Source: Candidatus Methanomethylicaceae archaeon
Lineage (GTDB): Archaea > Thermoproteota > Methanomethylicia > Methanomethylicales > Methanomethylicaceae
Reading direction: 5' to 3'
NCBI GenBank assembly: GCA_049970435.1
Contig: JBMFMY010000001.1
Span: 1 to 29,177, forward strand
Length of the DNA: 29,177 nt
In this document: one piece after another, positions 7,443-15,393 of the stretch
Layout: each line of letters starts with the position of its first letter
Position numbering within the stretch: the stretch's first letter is position 1
Notes under the pieces: generated by a model
What the model saw: the letters and a program-made list of their open reading frames with translations, nothing else
Databases searched by the model: none
Told to the model about the DNA's origin: nothing
Position numbers and translations under genes: made by a program

Positions 7443-8654
7443 ATGGTCAGAATAGAGGAATATGCGCCCATAGTTGGTAGCGGTGAGGTCGAGAGCATAA
7501 AGGGTCTGGCTGAGCACATAAAGGGAGCAAAGGTTCTCCACGTGAATTCAACAAAGTTTGGCGGTGGCGTCGCCGAGATCCTCAGCAGGATAGTCCCTCT
7601 TGCGGAGTCTGTTGGGCTCAGGGCTGAGTGGCAGACCATAGAGGGGAGTAAGGAGTTCTTTTGGATAACAAAGAAGATACACAACGCCCTGCAGGGGGAT
7701 GAAGGAGTATCATTAGATAAAGATATGTTCGGGCTATATCTGGAAACGAACAGGAGAAACGCCTCAATAATATGCCACGACTCCGAGGTTGTGGTGATAC
7801 ATGACCCACAGCCACTCCCACTAATAGAGAACAGAGGGGACGAGAAGTGGGTCTGGCGCTGTCACATAGACACCTCTAACCCCAACATGAGGGTTTGGTC
7901 GATGCTGAGGGAGTATGTGAGGATGTATGATGCTGCGGTGTTTTCGTTGGAGAAGTACATTCCAAGAGATCTTGCAGGCATGAGGGTTTTGATAGATTAC
8001 CCTACAATAGATCCGCTGGCAGTGAAGAACATGCCACTGACTACCACGGATATCCAGAAGGTGCTCGAAAGGTACGGTGTGGATCCTGAGAGACCGATCA
8101 TAGGGCAGGTGGCGAGGTTTGATCCTTGGAAGAACCCAACAGGTGTGATCGACGTATTTAGGATGTTGAAAAAAGACTTGGAGGGGATCCAGCTCCTGAT
8201 GATCGGATCTTTTGCACATGACGATGCGGAGGGAGACGAGTGGTACAATAAGACAGTAAGGTACGCTGGAGGGGACAGGGACATACACATACTCACCAAT
8301 TTGGATGGGGTGATGGATAAGGAGGTGAACGCATTTCAGAGGTCTATGACCGTAGCCCTGCAGCTTTCGATTCGTGAGGGCTTCGGCCTCACCGTCGCAG
8401 AGGCTCTATGGAAGGGTGTACCAGTGGTAGGGACGAAGGCAGGTGGGATCACTCTGCAGGTCATAGACGGGGTTACAGGGTTCTTGGTCGGAAGTGTCGA
8501 GGAGGCTGCCGAGAGGGTCAGGATGATGATCAAGAGACCTTGGCTTGCGAGGGAACTTGGGTACGCGGGAAGGCAGCACGTGAAGCTGAACTTTCTAATA
8601 ACCAAGGGACTGAAGAATTACCTGAGGATGCACATTGATCTGGTTGGCAGGTGA
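7443..8654 (+). CDS. treT: trehalose synthase (glycosyl-transferring, GT4)
   Basis: HVNSTKFGGGVAEIL, VIHDPQPLPLI, WRCHID, VARFDPWKNP, EGFGLTVAEALWKG. Confidence 0.88.
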   Translation: MVRIEEYAPIVGSGEVESIKGLAEHIKGAKVLHVNSTKFGGGVAEILSRIVPLAESVGLRAEWQTIEGSKEFFWITKKIHNALQGDEGVSLDKDMFGLYLETNRRNASIICHDSEVVVIHDPQPLPLIENRGDEKWVWRCHIDTSNPNMRVWSMLREYVRMYDAAVFSLEKYIPRDLAGMRVLIDYPTIDPLAVKNMPLTTTDIQKVLERYGVDPERPIIGQVARFDPWKNPTGVIDVFRMLKKDLEGIQLLMIGSFAHDDAEGDEWYNKTVRYAGGDRDIHILTNLDGVMDKEVNAFQRSMTVALQLSIREGFGLTVAEALWKGVPVVGTKAGGITLQVIDGVTGFLVGSVEEAAERVRMMIKRPWLARELGYAGRQHVKLNFLITKGLKNYLRMHIDLVGR

Positions 8655-8671
8655 ATATGATTTTTACCACC

Positions 8672-8735
8672 GTGAAATAAAAGCGAAATGAAAAATGGAA
8701 ATAAAAATAAAAGTTCAAAAACTAATAAATGAAAA
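8672..8735. repeat. degenerate A-rich ~6-nt periodic tract between convergent genes; possible T-tract terminator on the minus strand
   Basis: GTGAAA TAAAAG CGAAAT GAAAAA TGGAAA TAAAAA TAAAAG; the reverse frame reads FYFYFHFSFRFYF. Confidence 0.5.
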
Positions 8736-8755
8736 GTTTAGGCTTTTTCTATAAT

Positions 8756-9373
8756 TTACGAAGTTTTGTTCTCTGTGGTGGCTACTGTTGCTTTGGTCTT
8801 ATTCAAATAAGCCTCGAGATAGATCCTCTTGCTCCTAGAGTCAAGTATGGGCTTGTTCAATCGCTCGATTGTTTCTACGACCTGAACGAGAATAGATCCC
8901 GGAATCCCGACGAGCATCTCTTGCCAAGCAATATCTGTTGCGGATCTTGAGCCGTAGCACCCAAGACCAATCTGTATTTCGTTCTTTAGGTATGAAGAGA
9001 CGGTGACACCTGAGCAGAGGCTAGCCTCGGTCTGTAGTTCAATCTTGAGATGACCTCCCTCCTTGTAGGAGTGGGTGTGGCAGAGCCACATGGCCTGTTC
9101 AGGCAAGACCCTGAGTATCACTGTGTCAGGAACGAGCAAGTTCAGCTCCAATGGCGCCTTCAGTACATATGCAACCGCGCCAGGCATCATCTTTGTGTTG
9201 GCACTTAGGCACTTTGCTGCAGCATCTGGCTTTTCGAAGAGACCTAGAGAGTGGTGGGTCTCTCCTCTGAGCACCCTGTCCTTAACGGGAGCACCGAAGG
9301 ATCCTGGACCTGGACCGCACGCCATCTCCGTTGGCGAGACGATGAGCGCTCTTCCCAATGTAGCCTCCATCAC
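8756..9373 (-). CDS. DUF169 family protein, apparently N-terminally short
   Basis: ACGPG, PDTVIL...PEQAMWL, CSGVTV..., GLGCYGSR...EMLVGIP match DUF169. The conserved KIRxCQ motif lies in frame upstream of the GTG (9374-9400). Confidence 0.8.
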   Translation of the reverse strand: MMEATLGRALIVSPTEMACGPGPGSFGAPVKDRVLRGETHHSLGLFEKPDAAAKCLSANTKMMPGAVAYVLKAPLELNLLVPDTVILRVLPEQAMWLCHTHSYKEGGHLKIELQTEASLCSGVTVSSYLKNEIQIGLGCYGSRSATDIAWQEMLVGIPGSILVQVVETIERLNKPILDSRSKRIYLEAYLNKTKATVATTENKTS

Positions 9374-9400
9374 CGCTTGACAGAACCTTATCTTTTTACA

Positions 9401-10039
9401 TCACTGCACCAAAACTAGCCCGTACAGACCTGCACACGGTATTGATGATATCTCCTTCGTCGGGGTTATCGTGTGTATCTCCCAGCCTGCCTTTCTGACA
9501 GTGGCGAACACGTCTATGCCTGCTGCCTCCATCGCTGGTCTCGCCTTGAAGGGATACCTGCACCTGCCTATCTTTAGAGCATCGCACTCGATGTTCCTTG
9601 ATAGGCAAAGCGAGCACTCTCCCGCAGCAAATCCAAGCGCAAAGTAGTATCCCATATTGTGCGCCTCACTCTCCACTAGCCCCACGACCTCCCTGAGCTT
9701 GAGTTCATGCGGCACATGCCTCTTAGCCCAATCCGGTCCCGCAAGATCCTCTACGGGGATGCCCAGCCTTATCAGTATGGCAAACCTGTACTTCCTAATG
9801 ATCCTTCTAGTCACGCTTGGGACCAACTCGAGGTGCGGCGGACACATTATGCTACTGCCGTACCAACGACATGGAGGATACATGCACTTCAGCCGCGCTC
9901 TCTCATCCACCACTATATCCCTCGTCTCCACTACTTTGGCTTCGCCCCCGTGTCTCTCGACCAGCTTCACAAGCTCCTCAAGGTCCCTCCTCAGAGAATC
10001 CTCAACATGAACGGTTGCTGGCAAGAGACCATCCCACAA
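9401..10039 (-). CDS. DUF2284 family predicted metal-binding protein
   Basis: IVVDERARLKC..PPCRWYG..IMCPP, AGECSLC, CRYPFKARPAMEAAGIDVFAT. The start may be slightly downstream. Confidence 0.85.
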   Translation of the reverse strand: MWDGLLPATVHVEDSLRRDLEELVKLVERHGGEAKVVETRDIVVDERARLKCMYPPCRWYGSSIMCPPHLELVPSVTRRIIRKYRFAILIRLGIPVEDLAGPDWAKRHVPHELKLREVVGLVESEAHNMGYYFALGFAAGECSLCLSRNIECDALKIGRCRYPFKARPAMEAAGIDVFATVRKAGWEIHTITPTKEISSIPCAGLYGLVLVQ

Positions 10040-10132
10040 TCAAATTACTTGGGCGATATATTTTTACAATTATAATTCAGTTATGTATAGTTTATATAAT
10101 CCCTTTATTTTAACTTAACGTATGTGATCTTT

Positions 10133-10669
10133 ATGGCAGTTGCCCACAAAGTTCCGCTCACGAGAATGATCGCGATGACCATCGGACTGGCTGGTTTAGG
10201 TGTGGCCCTCTCGCCTTTCTTCATTCCGATAGGTCCAATCAAGGCTTACCCCTTCCAGCACATGATCAATATAATAGCTGGGATCCTTCTGGGTCCTTTC
10301 TGGGCTGCAGGAGCAGCTGCTCTAACTGGCATACTCCGAAATATGCTCGGTCTCGGGACCCTTTTTGCCTTCCCTGGGGGCATTCCAGGTGGATTCGTCG
10401 TTGGAATAATCTACCACTATCTGAGGATAAAGAGGGACGCGGTCGCCTTCACAGAGAACATAGGGACGACAGTAATAGGTGCCACCCTGGCTTATTACCT
10501 CCTTGTCCCAGCCATAGGCGTCAGCGTGCCGCCCATAATGGGTTTATCCGGCGTCTGGGCTCTCTGGATAATGTTCGAGGTCAGCTGCGGTCCGGGCGCC
10601 GTTATAGGATACCTCGTGATAAAGGCACTGAGAAGGGCAGGTATCACTGAATACTTCGCCTCTGATTGA
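10133..10669 (+). CDS. thiW: ECF transporter S component, thiazole/thiamine-precursor (ThiW family)
   Basis: KAYPFQHMINIIAGILLGP, LRNMLGLGTLFAFPGGIPG. ATG 10133 chosen over GTG 10124. Confidence 0.9.
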   Translation: MAVAHKVPLTRMIAMTIGLAGLGVALSPFFIPIGPIKAYPFQHMINIIAGILLGPFWAAGAAALTGILRNMLGLGTLFAFPGGIPGGFVVGIIYHYLRIKRDAVAFTENIGTTVIGATLAYYLLVPAIGVSVPPIMGLSGVWALWIMFEVSCGPGAVIGYLVIKALRRAGITEYFASD

Positions 10670-10682
10670 TTGGTGTTAGACC

Positions 10683-11534
10683 TTGAAGGTAATCTCTGTC
10701 GAGAACCTCACATACCACTATCCCAGGAGACGAGACCCCGCTCTTTTCAATGTGAACCTCGAGATCAACAGTGGCGAATTTGTGCTCATCACCGGACCCT
10801 CAGGCGGCGGAAAGTCCACACTCTGCAGGTGTTTCAACGGGCTCATCCCTCATTTTTACGGCGGCAGGATGGAAGGGAGGGTGACGGTGATGGGGATGGA
10901 CGTCGGGAGCACCAGCACCAGCGAACTCTCCCGACATGTGGGCATGGTCTTCCAAAACCCCGAGGATCAGATAACTCGGATGTCTGTGGAGGCAGAGATC
11001 GCATTTGGGCTCGAGAACCTCGGTCTTGAGAGGGGAGAGATCTCTAAGAGGATCAAAGAGATATCTGAGTTGCTCCAGATCGAGCACCTATTGAAGAGAT
11101 CCGTTGAAGAGCTTTCCAGCGGGCAGTTGCAGAAGGTTGCCATTGCATCTGTACTCGTCATGCAGCCCGACATCCTCGTGCTTGACGAGCCAACCTCCGA
11201 ACTCGACCCGAGGAGCGCCCAAGACCTGATTGACCTTGTTGCCCGACTGAACAGGGATCTCGGAATGACCGTCATAATCGTGGAGCATCGCCTAAACTTC
11301 ATACTCAAGAAGGTGGGAAGGGTGATTATCATCAACGACGGGAGGGTCGTGGTTGATGGCAGACCCGCCGACGCTCTGAGGAGTAGTGACGTGGAGAGGC
11401 TCGGCGTCTCCCTACCCAGGGTCGTGCAGCTCTACCACCTACTCTGCGGGAACGGGGTGACTCTTGGAGAGGTTCCGCTATCCGTCGACGATCTGGAGAG
11501 CGAGTTGAGGGGTGCTTTGGAGTGTCGGCGCTGA
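10683..11534 (+). CDS. ecfA1: ECF transporter ATPase A
   Basis: GPSGGGKST, VFQNPEDQ, LSSGQLQKVAIA, VLDEPTSELD. Confidence 0.92.
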   Translation: MKVISVENLTYHYPRRRDPALFNVNLEINSGEFVLITGPSGGGKSTLCRCFNGLIPHFYGGRMEGRVTVMGMDVGSTSTSELSRHVGMVFQNPEDQITRMSVEAEIAFGLENLGLERGEISKRIKEISELLQIEHLLKRSVEELSSGQLQKVAIASVLVMQPDILVLDEPTSELDPRSAQDLIDLVARLNRDLGMTVIIVEHRLNFILKKVGRVIIINDGRVVVDGRPADALRSSDVERLGVSLPRVVQLYHLLCGNGVTLGEVPLSVDDLESELRGALECRR

Positions 11535-12361
11535 TAGAGTTTGTGAATGTTAGCTACACCTATCCAAATGGGAACGAGGCTCTCAGAGACGTAAACTTGA
11601 AGATCAATCGCGGCGAGTCTGTGGCTATAATGGGGGAGAATGGTGCAGGTAAGACGACCATAGCCAAGCTCATCCTCGGGCTGCTCCGCCCGACGAGCGG
11701 CAAAGTCCTCATAGACGGCACCGACACTAGGAAGACCACCTCTGCCAAGCTCGCAAGGAAGATCGGGTATGTCTTCCAGAACCCGCTCTACCAGTTGTTC
11801 TCCGACACAGTCGAGAAAGAGGTGGCGCTTGGTCCCAGGGCTTCTGGTGTGAGCGAAACCTCAGCCTCAGAGAGGGTCGCCTCCGTCCTAAGAGAGTTAG
11901 GGCTGGAGCACCTTAGGGATCTACCCCCGCTCTCCCTGAGCGAGGGCGAGCGAAAGAGAGTGGCTATAGCCTCTGTGCTGAGCATGGACCCGCAGGCTCT
12001 CATCATTGACGAGCCCACATTGGGACAGGACGAGATTGAGCGCATTAGGCTGAGGCGCATCCTGGGGAGGCAACTGGAGAAGGGAAAATCGGTTGTTATA
12101 ATCTCCCACGACGTGGACTTTGCCTACGATGTGGCTGAAAAGTTCATCATAATGAAGAGGGGCAGAGTCCTAGGGGTTCTATCAAAGAGAGAGCTACTGG
12201 GTAACAGGGCAATTCTTGAGGATGCTAACTTGATGATGCCCCAGCTACTCGAGATCGCCGAAATGCTGAAGCGGAACCATCTGCTCGAAAACAACCCTGC
12301 CCGCGACCTTGGAGAACTGACATCTGTGATAATAAGGGCTCTGAGGGGTGAGAACATTTGA
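11522..12361 (+). CDS. ecfA2: ECF transporter ATPase A'
   Basis: GENGAGKTT, VFQNPLYQ, LSEGERKRVAIA, IIDEPTLGQD, ISHD. Confidence 0.92.
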   Translation: MSALIEFVNVSYTYPNGNEALRDVNLKINRGESVAIMGENGAGKTTIAKLILGLLRPTSGKVLIDGTDTRKTTSAKLARKIGYVFQNPLYQLFSDTVEKEVALGPRASGVSETSASERVASVLRELGLEHLRDLPPLSLSEGERKRVAIASVLSMDPQALIIDEPTLGQDEIERIRLRRILGRQLEKGKSVVIISHDVDFAYDVAEKFIIMKRGRVLGVLSKRELLGNRAILEDANLMMPQLLEIAEMLKRNHLLENNPARDLGELTSVIIRALRGENI

Positions 12362-13095
12362 GCAGCTTCCTCCAGGCACTTCAGTGGCATAGGGGAGACA
12401 CACCCATCCACAGGCTGGATCCGAGGACTAAGATCCTTTGGTGCTTGCTCACCATCGCATTTTCGATCTACTTCTTGACAATAGAGTCACAGCTAATGGT
12501 CTTGGCAACGATAATTGCATACATGGTCGCAGCAAGGAGCCTTGCGAAGTTCGTTAGGGCGCTCTGGTCTGTTCTACTTCTGGTAGTCCTGATAGCCGCC
12601 CTCAACTACCTGTACTTGGGCCTTTACTATACCGTTTCAACATCTCTGCGCCTCATAAACATATTGATAGCGTTCTCGGCGTTCTCCCTGACAACACACC
12701 CCGACGACCTCAGCGCGGCTCTGATAAAACTCAAGTTGCCATACAACTTTGCCTACATGCTCGTTGCCTCAGCCAGATACGCCGTCGTAATAAGCAGAGA
12801 ATTTTCAAACATAGTTGACGCATACAAGGCTAGAGGGATAGAGTTCGAGGGCATGCACCTGAAGAAGATGAGGAAGTACGCCATGATCTTGGTCCCCCTC
12901 ATAATGTGCACCATAAGGAGATCCTTCAGACTAGCCGAGGCTATGGAAGCTAGGGCATTTGGCTTGAGGGTCAAAAAAACCTACTACAGGGAGCTTTCTC
13001 TCAGAAAAAGCGACGCCATCTTCATATTATTCGTGGTGATTTACCTCTCTCTGATATTCTGGCTCTCCCATAGACTCGTAGTCTTCGTGATCTGA
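12358..13095 (+). CDS. ecfT: ECF transporter transmembrane T component
   Basis: IHRLDPRTK, hydrophobic helices, AYKARG and AEAMEARAF coupling-helix motifs. Confidence 0.92.
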   Translation: MSSFLQALQWHRGDTPIHRLDPRTKILWCLLTIAFSIYFLTIESQLMVLATIIAYMVAARSLAKFVRALWSVLLLVVLIAALNYLYLGLYYTVSTSLRLINILIAFSAFSLTTHPDDLSAALIKLKLPYNFAYMLVASARYAVVISREFSNIVDAYKARGIEFEGMHLKKMRKYAMILVPLIMCTIRRSFRLAEAMEARAFGLRVKKTYYRELSLRKSDAIFILFVVIYLSLIFWLSHRLVVFVI

Positions 13096-13313
13096 AGTCT
13101 TCAACATATTGTAAAAATGGTAATAGTGCTGCGAAGTGATCTTTGGAAGGAACCTGCAGGTCGACCAATTTCAAAAGATCAAATTTAGCTCATTGCAACT
13201 TGCTACACGTAAAGCATACGAAGTGATCTCACAGAAATATCTAATAATTTAATAATAATAAAAATATATTCAACTCATTTTATTCTAATGAACTGTGAGG
13301 AGTAGAGAAAGTT

Positions 13314-13402
13314 GGGCCCGTGGCCTAGCATGGATTAGGGCGTCGGCCTCCGGCGGTTTCGGGGAGAGTCGATAGTCGAGGGTTCAAATCCCTCCGGGCC
13401 CG
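13314..13402 (+). tRNA. tRNA-Arg(CCG) with a 13-nt intron at 37/38
   Basis: Acceptor GGGCCCG/CGGGCCC, D-arm GCCT/GGGC, anticodon stem TCGGC/GTCGA, loop CT-CCG-G|A, T-arm GAGGG-TTCAAAT-CCCTC. Confidence 0.95.
13354..13366 (+). other. tRNA intron CGGTTTCGGGGAG
   Basis: Removing it restores a 7-nt anticodon loop. CTCC(32-35) pairs with intron GGGG, leaving an AG|A 3-nt bulge (BHB/BHL-type). Confidence 0.85.
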
Positions 13403-13408
13403 CTTTAA

Positions 13409-13705
13409 CTTCATCGGCAGGAAGCCCCCTTCTGTAATGGATGGGTGAAAGCCGAAAGACATACAACTTTTCTTGCCGCATATACCTTCACGGATGCGGG
13501 GAGTGGTCACCCCTAAAGCACCTCTGCGCTGGTGATACGAGGTCCGACGCTGGTCCTCTGCCCAAACTGAGAGTTGCCGATGAGGGCAAGTCCTGCGGAT
13601 GGGGCAGAGTAGATACCCTAAAAGGAAGTTCAGAAACGCTCCCCGAGCATTGTAAGAGTAACTAAAGAAAAGTGGAAGCCCCGTCCTTTAGGGCGGGGAG
13701 GTCAC
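13409..13705 (+). mobile_element. non-autonomous IS200/IS605-family mini-element, copy 1 (LE hairpin + omegaRNA-like core + RE)
   Basis: Preceded by TTTAA; LE TCGGC...GCCGA stem; RE CCCCGTCC-TTTA-GGGCGGGG-AG-GTCAC; homologous to 21213-21496; no TIR or TSD. Confidence 0.85.
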
Positions 13706-13775
13706 CCTTGAACCTTGATACCTAAACCTCAAACTTCAAACCTCAAACCCTAAACCCAAAACTCTAAAACCTAAA
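13706..13775 (+). repeat. ten consecutive degenerate 7-nt units (consensus ~CCTCAAA/CCCTAAA)
   Basis: CCTTGAA CCTTGAT ACCTAAA CCTCAAA CTTCAAA CCTCAAA CCCTAAA CCCAAAA CTCTAAA ACCTAAA, in strict 7-nt phase. Confidence 0.85.
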
Positions 13776-13862
13776 CCAAAACATTAATCCTTACTCTTGA
13801 TTAAAAACTCCCTTAAAACTCAAATCTTAACACTTTTATTGGTAAATCTACGACTTCAACTC

Positions 13863-14174
13863 ATGGTGACCGAGATGGACGAAGAAACCACAAAGAAAAA
13901 AATTGAGCGCTACATCAACTACACACAATCAGTTCTAAAGGATATGGTCGTCTCTCCGCCAACCGATCCTGAGTTATCCTCAAAATTCCACTATAATATA
14001 TCCTTGGCGAGGCAATACTTCGAGGACTCGAAGTACTATTTCAGTAGAGGAGATCTTCTAACATCTCTCGTATGTATAGCGTACTGCGAGGGTCTGCTGG
14101 ATGCGTGCAGGAACCTCGGATGGCTGAAGTACGAATGGGATTCGAAAGGTAACGAAAAGCGATTTGTAAATTAA
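13863..14174 (+). CDS. DUF357 domain protein
   Basis: LARQYFEDSKYYFSRGDLLTSLVCIAYCEGLLDACRNLG is the DUF357 signature. ATG 13863 (or 13875) preferred over TTG 13797. Confidence 0.88.
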   Translation: MVTEMDEETTKKKIERYINYTQSVLKDMVVSPPTDPELSSKFHYNISLARQYFEDSKYYFSRGDLLTSLVCIAYCEGLLDACRNLGWLKYEWDSKGNEKRFVN

Positions 14175-14300
14175 GTGCCTTTATTGGAAATCAAGTGCCC
14201 AACAAAAAAGCAAGGATTAAAACAATTAGAAATATAACTCCCAAAATGGGAGCAAAAACAAGATTAAGGATGAAGCAAGATCGAGTTGTTGTGAGGGTGA

Positions 14301-14765
14301 GTGCAGATGGGTAAGAGAGTCCTCGCAGCCGGATGCTTTGATCTCCTTCACTACGGTCACCTAAGGTACCTTGAGGAGGCCAAGAAACTGGGAGGCGAGG
14401 GCGCAGAACTCATAGTCGTGGTGGCAAGGGACTCCACGATAATGAACAAGAAGGGCAGACCTCCAGTAATGAAGGAGGAGCACAGGAGAACCCTCGTCGA
14501 GGCCCTCAAGCCCGTGGACAAGGCTATTCTTGGCGGTGAGGACTTCGACACCCTTGCCGTGATAAAGGAGGTCAATCCCGACATAATTGCTCTTGGCTAT
14601 GACCAAGACGACCTCGCCGAACTCCTATCAAAGCAGAACCTCGGGGTCAAGATAGTGAAGCTAAACAAATACGGTGATGTCAGCTCCTCGATGATCCGAA
14701 AGATCATCTATTCGACAAACCCCATCAAACAAGGACCTTCAGCTGGACCAGATCCCCATCCTTGA
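14301..14765 (+). CDS. ribL: archaeal FAD synthase (cytidylyltransferase family)
   Basis: AGCFDLLHYGH (HxGH), LIVVVARD, ALKPVDKAILG, PDIIALGYDQ, SSSMIR; adjacent to ribK. Confidence 0.82.
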   Translation: MQMGKRVLAAGCFDLLHYGHLRYLEEAKKLGGEGAELIVVVARDSTIMNKKGRPPVMKEEHRRTLVEALKPVDKAILGGEDFDTLAVIKEVNPDIIALGYDQDDLAELLSKQNLGVKIVKLNKYGDVSSSMIRKIIYSTNPIKQGPSAGPDPHP

Positions 14766-15393
14766 GTTGGAGCTTCTTCCTGACTCTCTCCCCTGCTATG
14801 ACCTCTACAACGTCCTGCCCATAGTGCGTCCTGTGTATCAGGAGCAATGCACCGTCCATCTTATCGTTTATCTTGACTTTGAAGCACTTCACATCGCCGT
14901 AGGTCCTCTCTCCATTCACGAAGCCTTTAACCACGATCCCTGGAAGTAGCTCAAGCTCCTTCCTCACCTTTATATCCTCTATAGACCTGAGCCTCAGGTT
15001 CAGCGTTCCTGGATAAGGCTTGAAGCCCAGCTTCTCTTCGAACTGTCTGCTGTAACCGCTCTTGGTAACATAGTAGGCCCCTTCCCCAAAGCCCGTGAAG
15101 ACTATCCCGCTCAGGAAGAATATGTTCCTGCCCTCCTCGAAACCTGTCCTGAGCCCCTCGTAGACCTCCCTCAGAGCCGAGAGCCCCTTCTTGGTGATTA
15201 TTATACTCTGCCCCCTGGGGGTAATCTCCCTGTCTACATACCCGTCTCTAACCAGCTGTAGCAGCCTCCTCGACGCCGTCTGCTGAGAGATGCCCATTAT
15301 CTTGCCGAGCTCCTCTGTGCCTATGACCACCCTCCTCTTGTGTCCACCCAAATTTAGGAGGTGGTACAGCGCGAACCACTCCTCACTTTCCAA
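14725..15393 (-). CDS. ribK: CTP-dependent riboflavin kinase with N-terminal wHTH (RbkR-type)
   Basis: ISQQTASRRL HTH, GIVFTGFGEGAYY, LGFKPYPGTLNL, RTHY...EVIA...LKDGD. TTG 15393 behind GGAGGG is the likely start. Overlaps the 3' end of ribL convergently by 41 nt. Confidence 0.92.
   Translation of the reverse strand: MESEEWFALYHLLNLGGHKRRVVIGTEELGKIMGISQQTASRRLLQLVRDGYVDREITPRGQSIIITKKGLSALREVYEGLRTGFEEGRNIFFLSGIVFTGFGEGAYYVTKSGYSRQFEEKLGFKPYPGTLNLRLRSIEDIKVRKELELLPGIVVKGFVNGERTYGDVKCFKVKINDKMDGALLLIHRTHYGQDVVEVIAGERVRKKLQLKDGDLVQLKVLV

Noticed and set aside
10040-10132. TPP riboswitch upstream of thiW
   Set aside because: The region is short and AT-rich and lacks the CTGAGA and other conserved TPP motifs.
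13153-13165. CCTGCAGGTCGAC resembles the pUC polylinker (PstI-SalI)
   Set aside because: Only 13 nt match and the flanks are not vector-like; probably chance.
13132-13229. 11-nt direct repeat CGAAGTGATCT (13132, 13219)
   Set aside because: Only two copies with no regular spacing; not a CRISPR array or a recognisable att site.
13441-13665. 74-aa ORF inside mini-element copy 1
   Set aside because: The frame is not preserved in copy 2 (stops and indels), so conservation is at the nucleotide/structure level.
13797-13862. N-terminal extension of DUF357 from TTG 13797
   Set aside because: It is low-complexity G-poor intergenic sequence; the family-like sequence starts at ATG 13863/13875.
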